Below, piece after piece: positions 39,701 through 48,814 of a stretch of DNA of 64,000 nucleotides. This DNA comes from an uncultured Planctomycetota bacterium (lineage in GTDB: Bacteria; Planctomycetota; Planctomycetia; Gemmatales; Gemmataceae). The stretch spans positions 4,499,922 to 4,563,921 of the forward strand of contig OY970367.1 in assembly GCA_963718635.1 (NCBI GenBank). Reading direction: 5' to 3'. The notes beneath the pieces are model-generated. The model made no database searches, was not told where the DNA came from, and saw only the letters and a list, made by a program, of their open reading frames with translations. Position 1 is the first letter of the stretch; the number at the start of each line of letters is the position of its first letter. Made by a program: the position numbers and the translations under genes.

Positions 39701-40057
39701 TTAGTTAAGTCGTCTTTCTCGTCCTTGCTGTAGACGAATAGCTAGAATGATGATCGCTACTTCCTCGATGTATTTGTAGCAGACGCGAAGTGCGCCGCTT
39801 TTCCCAGCATTCCATCTCGGAGGAGCAAACCGGATTTTGCGGACGCCACCCGTATTCGAGATGACATTCCCTCCTCGCGGAGCGGCCATAAGCCCAATTT
39901 CGAGTGCCCGGAGGTCCAAATCGGTTAGGTCTAAATTGTCCCAGCGTCGCACAAATGGACGGAGCTGGGTAAAACTAATCAAATCTTCAGGGGTAAACCA
40001 ATGTGCTGGATAGCGCAGAGTTGCACGTTGGCGTCTACCCTGTTTCTTCTTGCTCAT
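39701..40057 (-). CDS. RelE/ParE-superfamily (HigB-like) toxin
   Basis: GGVRKIRFAPPRWNAGKSGALRVCYKYIEE matches the G-x-RK-x-R...GKSGG-x-RV-x-Y toxin pattern. Start taken at the internal MSKKKQ. Confidence 0.5.
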   Translation of the reverse strand: MSKKKQGRRQRATLRYPAHWFTPEDLISFTQLRPFVRRWDNLDLTDLDLRALEIGLMAAPRGGNVISNTGGVRKIRFAPPRWNAGKSGALRVCYKYIEEVAIIILAIRLQQGRERRLN

Positions 40058-40277
40058 ACTTCGTCCTAGCGGGCGCCAAAGCCGTGAGAGCAAGAAGCCG
40101 CACAATGGTTTATGTATACCTAAGGGTGGTATAGATTTCAAGATGGAAGACGCAGTTTTGCTCGCCCTTCTAGCGTCCAAATCGCCCCCTGACCAGAAAA
40201 TACCGAACTTTTGCCGTTTCGCCCTATACCTGGCCGTAGATGCCTGATAATTTAAATCTTGCAACCTTTATTTCAGT

Positions 40278-41522
40278 TTGTCCCTTGAGATTGTAATGCC
40301 ATTTAATCAACTCGGTTTACCCCCCTCTCTCGTCAACAACGTCCTGAAACTTGGCTACGAGACTCCTACCCCGATTCAAGCGCAAGCGATTCCGGCCGTG
40401 CAGGCTGGCCGCGACCTTGTCGCGACTGCACAGACGGGCACCGGCAAGACAGCGGCGTTTCTTCTGCCCGTCTTGCAGCGTCTGCTTACCCGTCCGCGCG
40501 GCGCCACTGGCGCTCTGGTGCTGACGCCCACGCGTGAACTTGCCAACCAAATCGAGCTCGTGTTTCGCGGTTTGGCGGCAGGCACTCCTTTGCGTTCCGC
40601 GTTGGTAGTGGGCGGCGCTCCGCCTTATCCCCAAGAGCGTGCGCTCCGTGCCGGCGCTGACGTTGTCGTCGCCACTCCCGGACGTCTGCTCGACCATATG
40701 GGCCGAGGCACCGGCAATATGTCCGCATTGCAGGCTTTGATTCTCGATGAAGCCGATCAGATGTTCGATATGGGCTTCTTGCCCGATCTGAAGCGGATCA
40801 TTGCCAAACTGCCCGTCAAACGGCAGACTCTGCTCTTCTCCGCCACCATGCCTCCGGAGATTGCCAAGCTCGGCCAGGCGATTCTGCGTGATCCCTTGCG
40901 CATTTCCATCGGCGAACAAGGCACGGCAGCTCAATCCGTCACGCAGACCGTCTACCCGGTCCCTTCCCACCGCAAGTCGGCTCTGCTCATGCATCTGCTT
41001 GAACAGTGGGAACTGCCGAGCGTCCTCGTTTTCACTCGCACTAAACACGGCGCCAAACGGCTGGCCAATGCGATTTACGAAGCGGGCCACGGTGTAGCCG
41101 AGTTGCACAGCAACCGGAGCCCAACCCAGCGCGCGAAGGCGATGCAGGTCTTCCGCGCCAAAACGGTTCCAATCATGGTCGCCACTAACATCGCGGCCCG
41201 AGGATTAGACGTGCGGCACATCACCCACGTCGTTAATTTCGACGTGCCGAACGCGCCGGATGAATACGTTCACCGTATTGGCCGTACAGGTCGTGCGGGC
41301 GATAAAGGTGACGCGCTAGTGCTCGTGGCGCCCGAAGAGAATGGACTCCTCGCCCGGATCGAACGACAGATCGGCCATCGGCTTCCTCGGCAGCACGTTG
41401 AAGATTTCGATTATCAGTCAGCCAAAGCGGCCCTAAGCCTGAACGAAAACAATGGTAAGTTTAAGAAGGTGGCCCTCCCCGTCGCCAAGAAGAAAGTGTC
41501 CCGCGGCCAGGGACGACGTTGA
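40278..41522 (+). CDS. DEAD-box ATP-dependent RNA helicase (RhlE-like)
   Basis: Q-motif TPTPIQ, Walker A AQTGTGKT, DEAD box DEADQM, SAT, HRIGRTGR and an Arg/Lys-rich tail. Confidence 0.9.
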   Translation: MSLEIVMPFNQLGLPPSLVNNVLKLGYETPTPIQAQAIPAVQAGRDLVATAQTGTGKTAAFLLPVLQRLLTRPRGATGALVLTPTRELANQIELVFRGLAAGTPLRSALVVGGAPPYPQERALRAGADVVVATPGRLLDHMGRGTGNMSALQALILDEADQMFDMGFLPDLKRIIAKLPVKRQTLLFSATMPPEIAKLGQAILRDPLRISIGEQGTAAQSVTQTVYPVPSHRKSALLMHLLEQWELPSVLVFTRTKHGAKRLANAIYEAGHGVAELHSNRSPTQRAKAMQVFRAKTVPIMVATNIAARGLDVRHITHVVNFDVPNAPDEYVHRIGRTGRAGDKGDALVLVAPEENGLLARIERQIGHRLPRQHVEDFDYQSAKAALSLNENNGKFKKVALPVAKKKVSRGQGRR

Positions 41523-41533
41523 TTTGTTTGTCG

Positions 41534-41604
41534 TTGGCGAGCCGAGCAGCGTAAGCTTCCGGGTTCTATCATTACCCGGCAGCCTGCGCTGCTCGGCTCG
41601 CCAG
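41534..41604. repeat. Family-C hairpin element (TTGGCGAGCCGAGCAGCG...CGCTGCTCGGCTCGCCAG) at the 3' end of the helicase gene
   Basis: Read directly: 17-bp perfect outer stem plus an inner imperfect stem, with loop tctatcatt. Confidence 0.8.
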
Positions 41605-41734
41605 CACCGAGTCGCTTTCATTTTTCGCTGGCACATGCCTTTCGAATATCTTAAACCGGCACATCCTTTGCAGCTCTTCGTAGGCGGCCAGATCGAACGC
41701 AGGACGATTTGGCAAGATTCCTACGGAGAACGCC

Positions 41735-42362
41735 GTGAACATCCGGTTTTGCACCTTTGCCCTTTTGACCATTGCCTCTTTCGCAACATTTCAAACCTTT
41801 GCTTATGCCGATTCGCTTAAAGGCAAGCGCATCGCAATCCTCGTAGCCGATGGCTTCGAAGAAGCTGAGCTGATAGAGCCGCGTAAAGCGCTCGATGCAG
41901 GCTGGCGTTAAGACTTTCGTCGTCTCGCCCAACTCGAAAGAAGTAAAAGGTTGGGCCAGCACGGATTGGGGACAAAAGTTGCCGGTGGATGTTATTCTCG
42001 ATGATGCCCGCCCCGATCAATACGATGCGTTGCTGTTGCCCGGGGGTGTTATCAATCCCGATAAACTGCGTATCAATCCAAAAGCGGTTGCATTCGTTCG
42101 CGCCTTTTTCGATGCGGGCAAGCCGGTGGCAGCCATCTGTCACGGGCCTTGGACGCTCGTCGAAGCTGGCGTCGTGAAAGGGCGAAAAATGACCTCGTGG
42201 CCCTCCCTTCAAACTGACATCAAGAACGCCGGCGGCAATTGGGTGGATAGCGAAGTCGTTGAGGATCGTGGCTTAGTCACCAGTCGGAAGCCCGACGATA
42301 TTCCTGCGTTCAACAAAGAAATGTGTCGAGTATTCGCAACGGGCGCTCCGTCACCTAAGTGA
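41735..42362 (+). pseudogene. Secreted DJ-1/PfpI-family protein with a frameshift near 41900
   Basis: GTG start. Signal peptide NIRFCTFALLTIASFATFQTFAYA, then [29 protein letters not shown] followed by a stop. The rest (VKTFVVSP...[13 protein letters not shown], nucleophile Cys) continues in the +1 frame. Confidence 0.6.
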
Positions 42363-42382
42363 GTCGACTTCAACGAGCAGCT

Positions 42383-42410
42383 TTGGCGAGCCGGGAGCGT
42401 CAGCGATCGG
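42383..42410. repeat. Partial family-C element (left arm only: ttggcgagccgggagcgtcagcgatcgg)
   Basis: It matches the left arm of the 57007 copy, with no obvious right arm. Confidence 0.4.
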
Positions 42411-42507
42411 AGAAAGAGCGCGAATCATCGCAAATTTTTTCCAGTCGTTTACGCGCTCGGCTTGCCACGAACACTCAGCGCATTCATGTTAAACGATTTC
42501 TCGTGAG

Positions 42508-43593
42508 TTGATCTTCTCATCCATGGGCGGTGTCTCCATGAGCGCATCGATGCAGGTTCCTTCTGCAGGCAGACGGCATTTTTTTCACTCGGCCGCAGCT
42601 ACCCTATATGCCTCGGCCAATGCTTCCGCAAATGATGCGGAAGCAATTCCGCTGCGCCCATTCGGCAAGACCGGCGTCAAAGTTTCTGCCTTGGGCCTAG
42701 GCGGGCATCATCTCGGCGATGCCAAAGATGTTGAAACCGCTATCCGGATCGTGCACGAAGCCATTGATGCAGGCGTGAACTTTTTCGACAACTGTTGGGA
42801 ATACTACAACGGCCGGAGTGAGAATTGGCTTGGGCGCGCTTTGGTGGGCAAACGCGACCACGCCTTTGTGATGACCAAAGTTTGCACGCACGGGCGCGAT
42901 AAAAAATTAGCGCTGAAGATGCTCGACGAGTCGCTGCGCAGGTTGCGGACGGATCACCTCGACCTCTGGCAGGTTCACGGCGTTACATTCGATAACGACC
43001 CAGCGCTAGCTTATGCAAAAGGAGGCGTTCTCGAAGCCTTCGACGAAGCGAAAAAGGCGGGCAAGGTTCGCTTCACCGGCTTCACCGGTCATAAAGATCC
43101 TGACATTCACCTGAAGATGCTCAAGCTGGGCTACCCGTTTGATGCCGTGCAGATGCCATTGAATTGTTGCGACGGCACTTTCCGTAGTTTCGAACAATTA
43201 GTGCTGCCGGAACTGAAGCGGCGCGACATTGCCGGGCTCGGCATGAAGGCCTTCGGCGGCACGGCCAGCATGATCAAAAAGGGTCTGGTCAAGCCAGAGG
43301 AAGCACTTCGTTATGCCATGAGCCTTCCAGTGGCGACAACGATCAGCGGCATCGATTCGCTGGAAGTGTTGAATCAAAACCTCAAAGTGGCGCAAGGTTT
43401 TAAGCCCTATACGGATGCGGAAATGAAAGCGCTGCGTGACCGTTGTGCCGAGCAGGCAGGCGATGGTCGACACGAACTTTTCAAAGTCACTCTAAAATAC
43501 GACAACCCCCAAGTGCGCGAGCCCCATGAATTTCCGCTCGATCCACAGATCAAGGAATTGAAGGAAGAGTTCAAAGAAGCCGGAACGCCGTAA
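42508..43593 (+). CDS. Tat-secreted aldo/keto reductase family oxidoreductase
   Basis: Twin-arginine motif SAGRRHFFHSAAA, then an AKR fold (GVNFFDNCWEY, LDLWQVHGV). Confidence 0.8.
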   Translation: MIFSSMGGVSMSASMQVPSAGRRHFFHSAAATLYASANASANDAEAIPLRPFGKTGVKVSALGLGGHHLGDAKDVETAIRIVHEAIDAGVNFFDNCWEYYNGRSENWLGRALVGKRDHAFVMTKVCTHGRDKKLALKMLDESLRRLRTDHLDLWQVHGVTFDNDPALAYAKGGVLEAFDEAKKAGKVRFTGFTGHKDPDIHLKMLKLGYPFDAVQMPLNCCDGTFRSFEQLVLPELKRRDIAGLGMKAFGGTASMIKKGLVKPEEALRYAMSLPVATTISGIDSLEVLNQNLKVAQGFKPYTDAEMKALRDRCAEQAGDGRHELFKVTLKYDNPQVREPHEFPLDPQIKELKEEFKEAGTP

Positions 43594-43651
43594 GTTATCG
43601 ACAAGAGCTTACTTTCGACCGACGACGCGCCGACTGAAGGAGAATCACCGC

Positions 43652-44698
43652 ATGAACGACAACAGTCACGAGACACCATCAGCCACTCAACCACACCGGC
43701 GGCAGTTTCTTGCAGCCAGTGCCGTTGCCAGTTTGATGCCGGTCATGGCTCCAGCGAAGGATGGCAAAGAGGCAACCGATCTCGTGCCCCATCGCACCTT
43801 TGGCAAGACCAAAGATCGCGTCTCGGCGATGGGAATCGGCGGCCATACACTCGGCTTGGCGCCGACGTTGAAAGAAGCAACGCGCATCGTCGATGAGGCG
43901 CTCGACGCCGGCGTCAATTTCTTTGACAACGCCTGGGAATATCACGATGGACGGGCTGAGGAGTGGATGGGCACTGCCTTGGAGGGGAAACGAGACAAGG
44001 TGTTCTTGATGACGAAAGTTTGCACGCACGGCCGAGATAAAAAAGTGGCGTTGAAACAGCTCGATGAATCACTCAAGCGGCTGAAAACTGACCATCTCGA
44101 TCTCTGGCAAGTCCACGAAGTTGTCTACGAAAACGACCCGGATTGGCACTTTGCCAAAGGGGGAGTGATCGAGGCTCTCGACGAAGCGAAGAAAGCGGGC
44201 AAAGTTCGTTATGTCGGCTTTACCGGGCACAAGCATCCGCGCATTCACTTGAAGATGCTGGTTCACGATTACCCATTTGATGCAGTTCAAATGCCGCTCA
44301 ATTGTTTCGACGGCACCTATCGCAGTTTCGAACAGCTGGTGCTGCCGGAATTAAACAAGCGAGGCATTGCACCGCTAGGAATGAAGAGTATGGGCGGCAA
44401 CGGACGGCCAATCATCAAAGGAGCGATCACTGCCGAAGAGGCGCTGCGTTACGCCATGAGCTTGCCAGTGGCGGTGACCATCAGCGGCATTGATTCGCTT
44501 GATGTCTTGCAGCAAAATCTGAAAGTGGCGCGTGGCTTCAAACCTTATACTGATGAAGAAATGAAAGCGCTGCGTGAACAATGCGCGGCCGATGCCGGCG
44601 ATGGCCATTTGGAACTCTACAAGTCCAGCGCGAAATTCGACGGCGCCATTGGCCGGGAACAGCATGGCTTCCCCAAGCAAGAAGATCTGCCATTGTAA
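43652..44698 (+). CDS. Tat-secreted aldo/keto reductase (tandem paralog)
   Basis: HRRQFLAASAVASLMPVMAPA Tat signal. It is collinear with the preceding protein (e.g. GVNFFDNAWEYHDGRAEEWMG, FDAVQMPLNCFDGTYRSFEQLVLPEL). Confidence 0.8.
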   Translation: MNDNSHETPSATQPHRRQFLAASAVASLMPVMAPAKDGKEATDLVPHRTFGKTKDRVSAMGIGGHTLGLAPTLKEATRIVDEALDAGVNFFDNAWEYHDGRAEEWMGTALEGKRDKVFLMTKVCTHGRDKKVALKQLDESLKRLKTDHLDLWQVHEVVYENDPDWHFAKGGVIEALDEAKKAGKVRYVGFTGHKHPRIHLKMLVHDYPFDAVQMPLNCFDGTYRSFEQLVLPELNKRGIAPLGMKSMGGNGRPIIKGAITAEEALRYAMSLPVAVTISGIDSLDVLQQNLKVARGFKPYTDEEMKALREQCAADAGDGHLELYKSSAKFDGAIGREQHGFPKQEDLPL

Positions 44699-44714
44699 GA
44701 GCGGTGAACTTTCC

Positions 44715-45073
44715 TCACGGCTTCAAAGGCGCATTCGGCCGGATAGTCTTGATGAGTATTCCCTTTAAGGATGACACCGCAGCGATTCCCGCATGAATGC
44801 GATTTGCCAAAGCTGTCGTATCGTCGTCCCGGGTGAAGGTGACAATACCTGCGTGATCCAAGATGCGACGGTGGAGTGAATGATAATGTTGCCGATTATT
44901 GGTGACAACCGCGCGGCTTAGTTCTACGGCTCGCGCTGAAACATCCGGGTCAGCTATCCCCTGGTTTGCCCTTCCATCATCCCAAGCACACGAAGAACGT
45001 CGTGCCCCAGTCGACGCAGTTCGCTGATTAATACAAGTGGCACGTTTTCATCTGCATATAGAGAAGCCATGAT
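44715..45073 (-). pseudogene. DUF5615 (PIN-like) protein, partner of DUF433; frameshifted
   Basis: MASLYADENVPLVLISELRRLGHDVLRV...stop. The rest (ADPDVSARAVELSRAVVTNNRQHY...HAGIVTF) lies in another frame. Confidence 0.5.
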
Positions 45074-45076
45074 CGA

Positions 45077-45322
45077 TCACGCCTCATCGTTAGCGTGGAT
45101 GGCCGCATTAATCTCATCAGGATGAACCGTGCAATAAGCCCAGGCGGCGTCCAGATCGTCGAGTGTCAAGCCTTCGAAATTGGCTAACAAGCGGTCATCG
45201 CTCCATCCAAGGCGCTTCCACCCGACGAGCATCCAAACTGCAATACGTGTGCGACGGATACACGCGTCCCCGCCAATCACATTTGGAGTTTTCTGAATTA
45301 GCGATTCCATTGTCGTTGTCAT
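45077..45322 (-). CDS. DUF433 domain protein (antitoxin-like partner of DUF5615)
   Basis: ...KTPNVIGGDACIRRTRIAVWMLVGWKRLGWSDDRLLANFEGLT is the DUF433 pattern. Start taken at MTTTMES. Confidence 0.6.
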   Translation of the reverse strand: MTTTMESLIQKTPNVIGGDACIRRTRIAVWMLVGWKRLGWSDDRLLANFEGLTLDDLDAAWAYCTVHPDEINAAIHANDEA

Positions 45323-45407
45323 CACGGTTTCCCCGGTTATGCGAACGGATAAGAGCAGCGGCGATGCTGGCTGACGCGAACTTCTTAATTGACAGAGACG
45401 GCGCTGC

Positions 45408-46262
45408 CTATCTAATCGACTTGTTCGCGAGTTCATGCCGCACGATATCGATCTCCAAATCCAGGATGTCTGCGATGTCTTGCGGATTCATTTGAAACGC
45501 CTTCATTTTCGGAACGGCCTTCAGTTTTTCCTCGATCAGCCGACGTTCCATTTGCTCATCGGCTTCTTTCATCACTTCTTGCTTGGCATCGCGAATGGCT
45601 ATTTCCCTGATTTCCTGATAAGCGCGTGACTCGCGAATGTCGTGAATCTTCAACATGGCTCTAATCTCCTGCCAGCTTAGGCCCGGCAGCTTGTGCATGA
45701 TAACGGTTTCAATCAATTGTATCAGATCAACCTGCAAGGCTTCATCGTCGATTTCCTGCTTAGTACGTGCAACCAGGTCGCGGGCCGTTGCCGCAGCTTC
45801 GTTGTCCTCCTGTCGAAGCAAGTATAAAATCGACATACCCAAGGGCGCGTCGGCCAGTTCGGGAAGTTCGTCCAGATAATACCGGCGTATCAGGCCCGCA
45901 TCGATCAATGCTTGGTAAGGTTTCAACCCCTTCGGTTCTAACGCGCGAGTCGCGAATAAGACTACGCCAATGAAGGGTTGGGCAGGGTCATGTTGTTTGA
46001 GATAGATATAAACCTTCGCCAGCAAATCCGCGAAAACGCTGGGCAGGCGATAAAACTGAACTTCTAAAAAGTACACCGACCGGTCGGCTTCCTTAGGTCG
46101 AAATACGCCGTCAGTTCGAAAGGAGGTGGCTTTGAATTCGTGGGCTTCGTATTGGTAGCGGGCGGCCATTTCGTTGGCTGAATCGATCGGCAAGCCAAGC
46201 AGCAAAAAGAACGTATCGAGCCGGGTTTCGAAGAGCCGATAGAAAATGGGATCGGTAACCAT
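45408..46262 (-). CDS. Rpn-family recombination-promoting nuclease / putative transposase (DUF2887 N-terminus + DUF4351 C-terminus)
   Basis: MVTDPIFYRLFETRLDTFFLLLG is the DUF2887 start. PD-(D/E)XK core ...SVYFLEVQFYR.... The acidic coiled C-terminal tail is typical of DUF4351. Confidence 0.65.
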   Translation of the reverse strand: MVTDPIFYRLFETRLDTFFLLLGLPIDSANEMAARYQYEAHEFKATSFRTDGVFRPKEADRSVYFLEVQFYRLPSVFADLLAKVYIYLKQHDPAQPFIGVVLFATRALEPKGLKPYQALIDAGLIRRYYLDELPELADAPLGMSILYLLRQEDNEAAATARDLVARTKQEIDDEALQVDLIQLIETVIMHKLPGLSWQEIRAMLKIHDIRESRAYQEIREIAIRDAKQEVMKEADEQMERRLIEEKLKAVPKMKAFQMNPQDIADILDLEIDIVRHELANKSIR

Positions 46263-46381
46263 CTATCTACAAACCCTCGCCAGGGTCACGGTTGCCGTCT
46301 TACTACTGTTGAAAATTGAGAAACAAAAATGAGCGCGCCTAAGTTAGTATGTCTCGGCTTGTGGCGCTCAGATGGACATGA

Positions 46382-47283
46382 TCACTTGGTCGCCGTTAAA
46401 TCGACGAGCGCTTTGCTGGCGGATTTCTTCATCTTGGCGTCGATTTTGACTTCGATGCCTTCGGGGGTTTTCAAGGCGCCGACCATTTGCATGTCCAAGT
46501 TCATTTCCATCGTGCCGGTCTTGACCGAACCATCGATGCAGCCATCGAACTTGAACGTGACTTTCGCCATCGAACCGGGATTGAGTTCAATGGGCGTCGG
46601 GCCGGCGGCAATCTTGGTGAGCGCGAGGTTCAGTTCGATCTCGAATACGCCGAACTGTTTGCTGTCTTTCTTGTAGGCTTTGAGCAGCTTGCCGCTCGAA
46701 GTCGACTTTGCCGCGTCGATATCCATGTTGGCCGCTTTGGTGAAGTCTTTGGCGACGGCCGCGATATCCGGCGTCCAGCTTTCGCCCACCGCTACCGCAT
46801 TCTTCGGCAACACTAAGTCTTCAATCGCATCGTCTTCTTTTTTGGAGTTTTTGCCCTGGAATTCTTCGGAGAGGAAGCTGGCGTCATCACCGGTCAGTTC
46901 TTTGCCTGCAACCGTGAACGTATATTTGTCACCCTTCAATTCAATGACAACTTCTTTACCGATGAACGAGGGAACGATCTGCTTCCCCTGTTTAGTTAGC
47001 TCGGCTTTCTCGTAGGTCCGTTTCAGTTTGGTCGCCTTCTTGCCCGTAGCCTTTTCAACGACTTCTTCTTTGAACTGCGCTGGACGCGCGTCTTGTCCTC
47101 GTCCTTGGCTTGGGCTTGCCCCATAAACGAGAACGACATTTTCCCGGCCTCATTGTCCTTTTCAACGGCCTTGGTTACATCACCCTGCGCATCCTTCTTC
47201 AGCTTCAGTGTGAATTTCTCTTGAGCAGCGGCTGTGATCGCAAAGAAGGCAGCGACCAAGACAGGCAATACGAAACGTTTCAT
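46382..47283 (-). pseudogene. Secreted Lys/Glu-rich hypothetical protein, one frameshift near 47075
   Basis: Signal peptide MKRFVLPVLVAAFFAITAAAQE. The reading continues seamlessly in the other frame (…DARPAQFKEEVVEKATGKK...GDKYTFTVAGKELTGDD). Confidence 0.5.
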
Positions 47284-47731
47284 CCCTCGACTCCTTCGGA
47301 AAAAGACTTCAGAACCATCCGAATAGGCACCGTCTTTTCCTATGAGCGCATGGGCGCCGGAACAGAGGGGACGCGGTGAACTTTTGAAGAGTTCAGGTCC
47401 ATTACTACGCGTTCGGTCAGCCGTATCCAACCCGGCCAGAGACTCGTAGCCGAGTACAGCTTTGTTGGTACGATCAAAGCGCAATCTGCGTGGCTAGTTG
47501 CGAAAGCGCAGGCTTTTTTGCGCAGCAAAGCGATGTCCCCGCAATTGACTCCGCTCTGCAAGGCCTCTGCATGGCGGCGAGCGGGCTGCCTGAATGGAGC
47601 GCCGACCGCGAAGATTTTCAACTTTTTCAATACAAATCAACCAGATGTATGTGCGGCGCGTAATCCGAGATTTGACTCATCGGCGATGAGATTGATCAGA
47701 TACCCGATTAGGAAGCAAGAGGGCGCCATTC

Positions 47732-48373
47732 ATGAAACTAATTTCTGTAAATGTTTCGCAACCGCGCACCGAGAGTTGGAATGCTCAAACAGTGACGACC
47801 GGCATTTTCAAAGAACCGATTCGTGGTCGAGTCAAGGTAACGTCTCTCACGCTCGAAGGGGACAGCCAAGTCGATAAACGCTATCATGGCGGCGTCAACA
47901 AAGCAGTATACGCTTATCCCGTCGAGCATTATGCGGCTTGGCTGGAATTTCTTTCAGCCGCATTTGGCCCCGGCCAATTCGGAGAAAACCTGACTGTCGA
48001 AGGAATGCTCGAAGATGAGATTTGTCTCGGCGATGTTTTCCGTATTGGCTCAGCCATCCTGCAAGTGACGCAGCCGCGCGTACCCTGTTTTAAGTTGGCG
48101 ATGAAGATGCGCATGCCTGCTTTCCCTAAGTATTTCATGAAGAGCGGCAAGCTTGGCTTTTATCTGCGAGTTTTGAACCAAGGCGAAATCGAAGCAGGCG
48201 ACAACATTGAAAAGGAAAGCGACGACGGCCAAGGCATTTCACTCCGTGAGCTCTGGACGCTCGCTTACGGTGATGCGTTCGACCGGTATCGTATCGAGCA
48301 GATTCTGAAGCGAGACGATTTGGCGGGGGAATGGACAAAGCCTCTGCGCCAGAAGATGCTCAATGTCGTTTAG
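47732..48373 (+). CDS. MOSC domain protein (YiiM-like)
   Basis: MKLISVNVSQPRT...GDSQVDKRYHGG...GENLTVEGM...ILQVTQPRVPC is the MOSC pattern. Confidence 0.8.
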   Translation: MKLISVNVSQPRTESWNAQTVTTGIFKEPIRGRVKVTSLTLEGDSQVDKRYHGGVNKAVYAYPVEHYAAWLEFLSAAFGPGQFGENLTVEGMLEDEICLGDVFRIGSAILQVTQPRVPCFKLAMKMRMPAFPKYFMKSGKLGFYLRVLNQGEIEAGDNIEKESDDGQGISLRELWTLAYGDAFDRYRIEQILKRDDLAGEWTKPLRQKMLNVV

Positions 48374-48443
48374 AGAACGATTCAACAGTTTGCGATGCAA
48401 TACGATAACGTTTTCCTCCTCCAAGCGGAGATACCATGGTTAA

Positions 48444-48716
48444 GTGGTGTTCGCCGTCTATACGGACGACAAGGTCAAATCGCTCAAAACCGCCCGCGCG
48501 GCGTGCGAAGCCCGCGAATATAAGGACAGCATCTGCCTGGAATTGCTCGCTTATTTTCTCGCACAAAATGGGGATTTCAAAGGCGCCGTCAAGTGGGAGA
48601 CGCGTGCCCTCGAAATCGGGATATTCGGCGAACAGTTCGCTAGAGAGAGGTTGGCAAGTTATAAGAAAGAGAAACTGCCGGAGAGTATGGGCGTGTATTG
48701 GTTCTTTGTAAAGTGA
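48444..48716 (+). CDS. Hypothetical small protein
   Basis: 90-aa ORF ending just before a family-C hairpin. Confidence 0.35.
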   Translation: MVFAVYTDDKVKSLKTARAACEAREYKDSICLELLAYFLAQNGDFKGAVKWETRALEIGIFGEQFARERLASYKKEKLPESMGVYWFFVK

Positions 48717-48722
48717 GAAGAG

Positions 48723-48788
48723 TTGGCGAGCCGCGTAAGCGGCCGGGTTCCGCATTCACCCGGCCGCTTACACGGCTCGGCTCGCCAA
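48723..48788. repeat. Family-C hairpin element between convergent genes
   Basis: ttggcgagccgcgtaagcggccgggt-tccgcattc-acccggccgcttacacggctcggctcgccaa. Confidence 0.8.
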
Positions 48789-48814
48789 ATTCAGCGCGTT
48801 GCGGCTAACAGGTT

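Noticed and set aside
40317-41108. 263-aa ORF on the minus strand
   Set aside because: It is antisense to the well-supported DEAD-box helicase gene.
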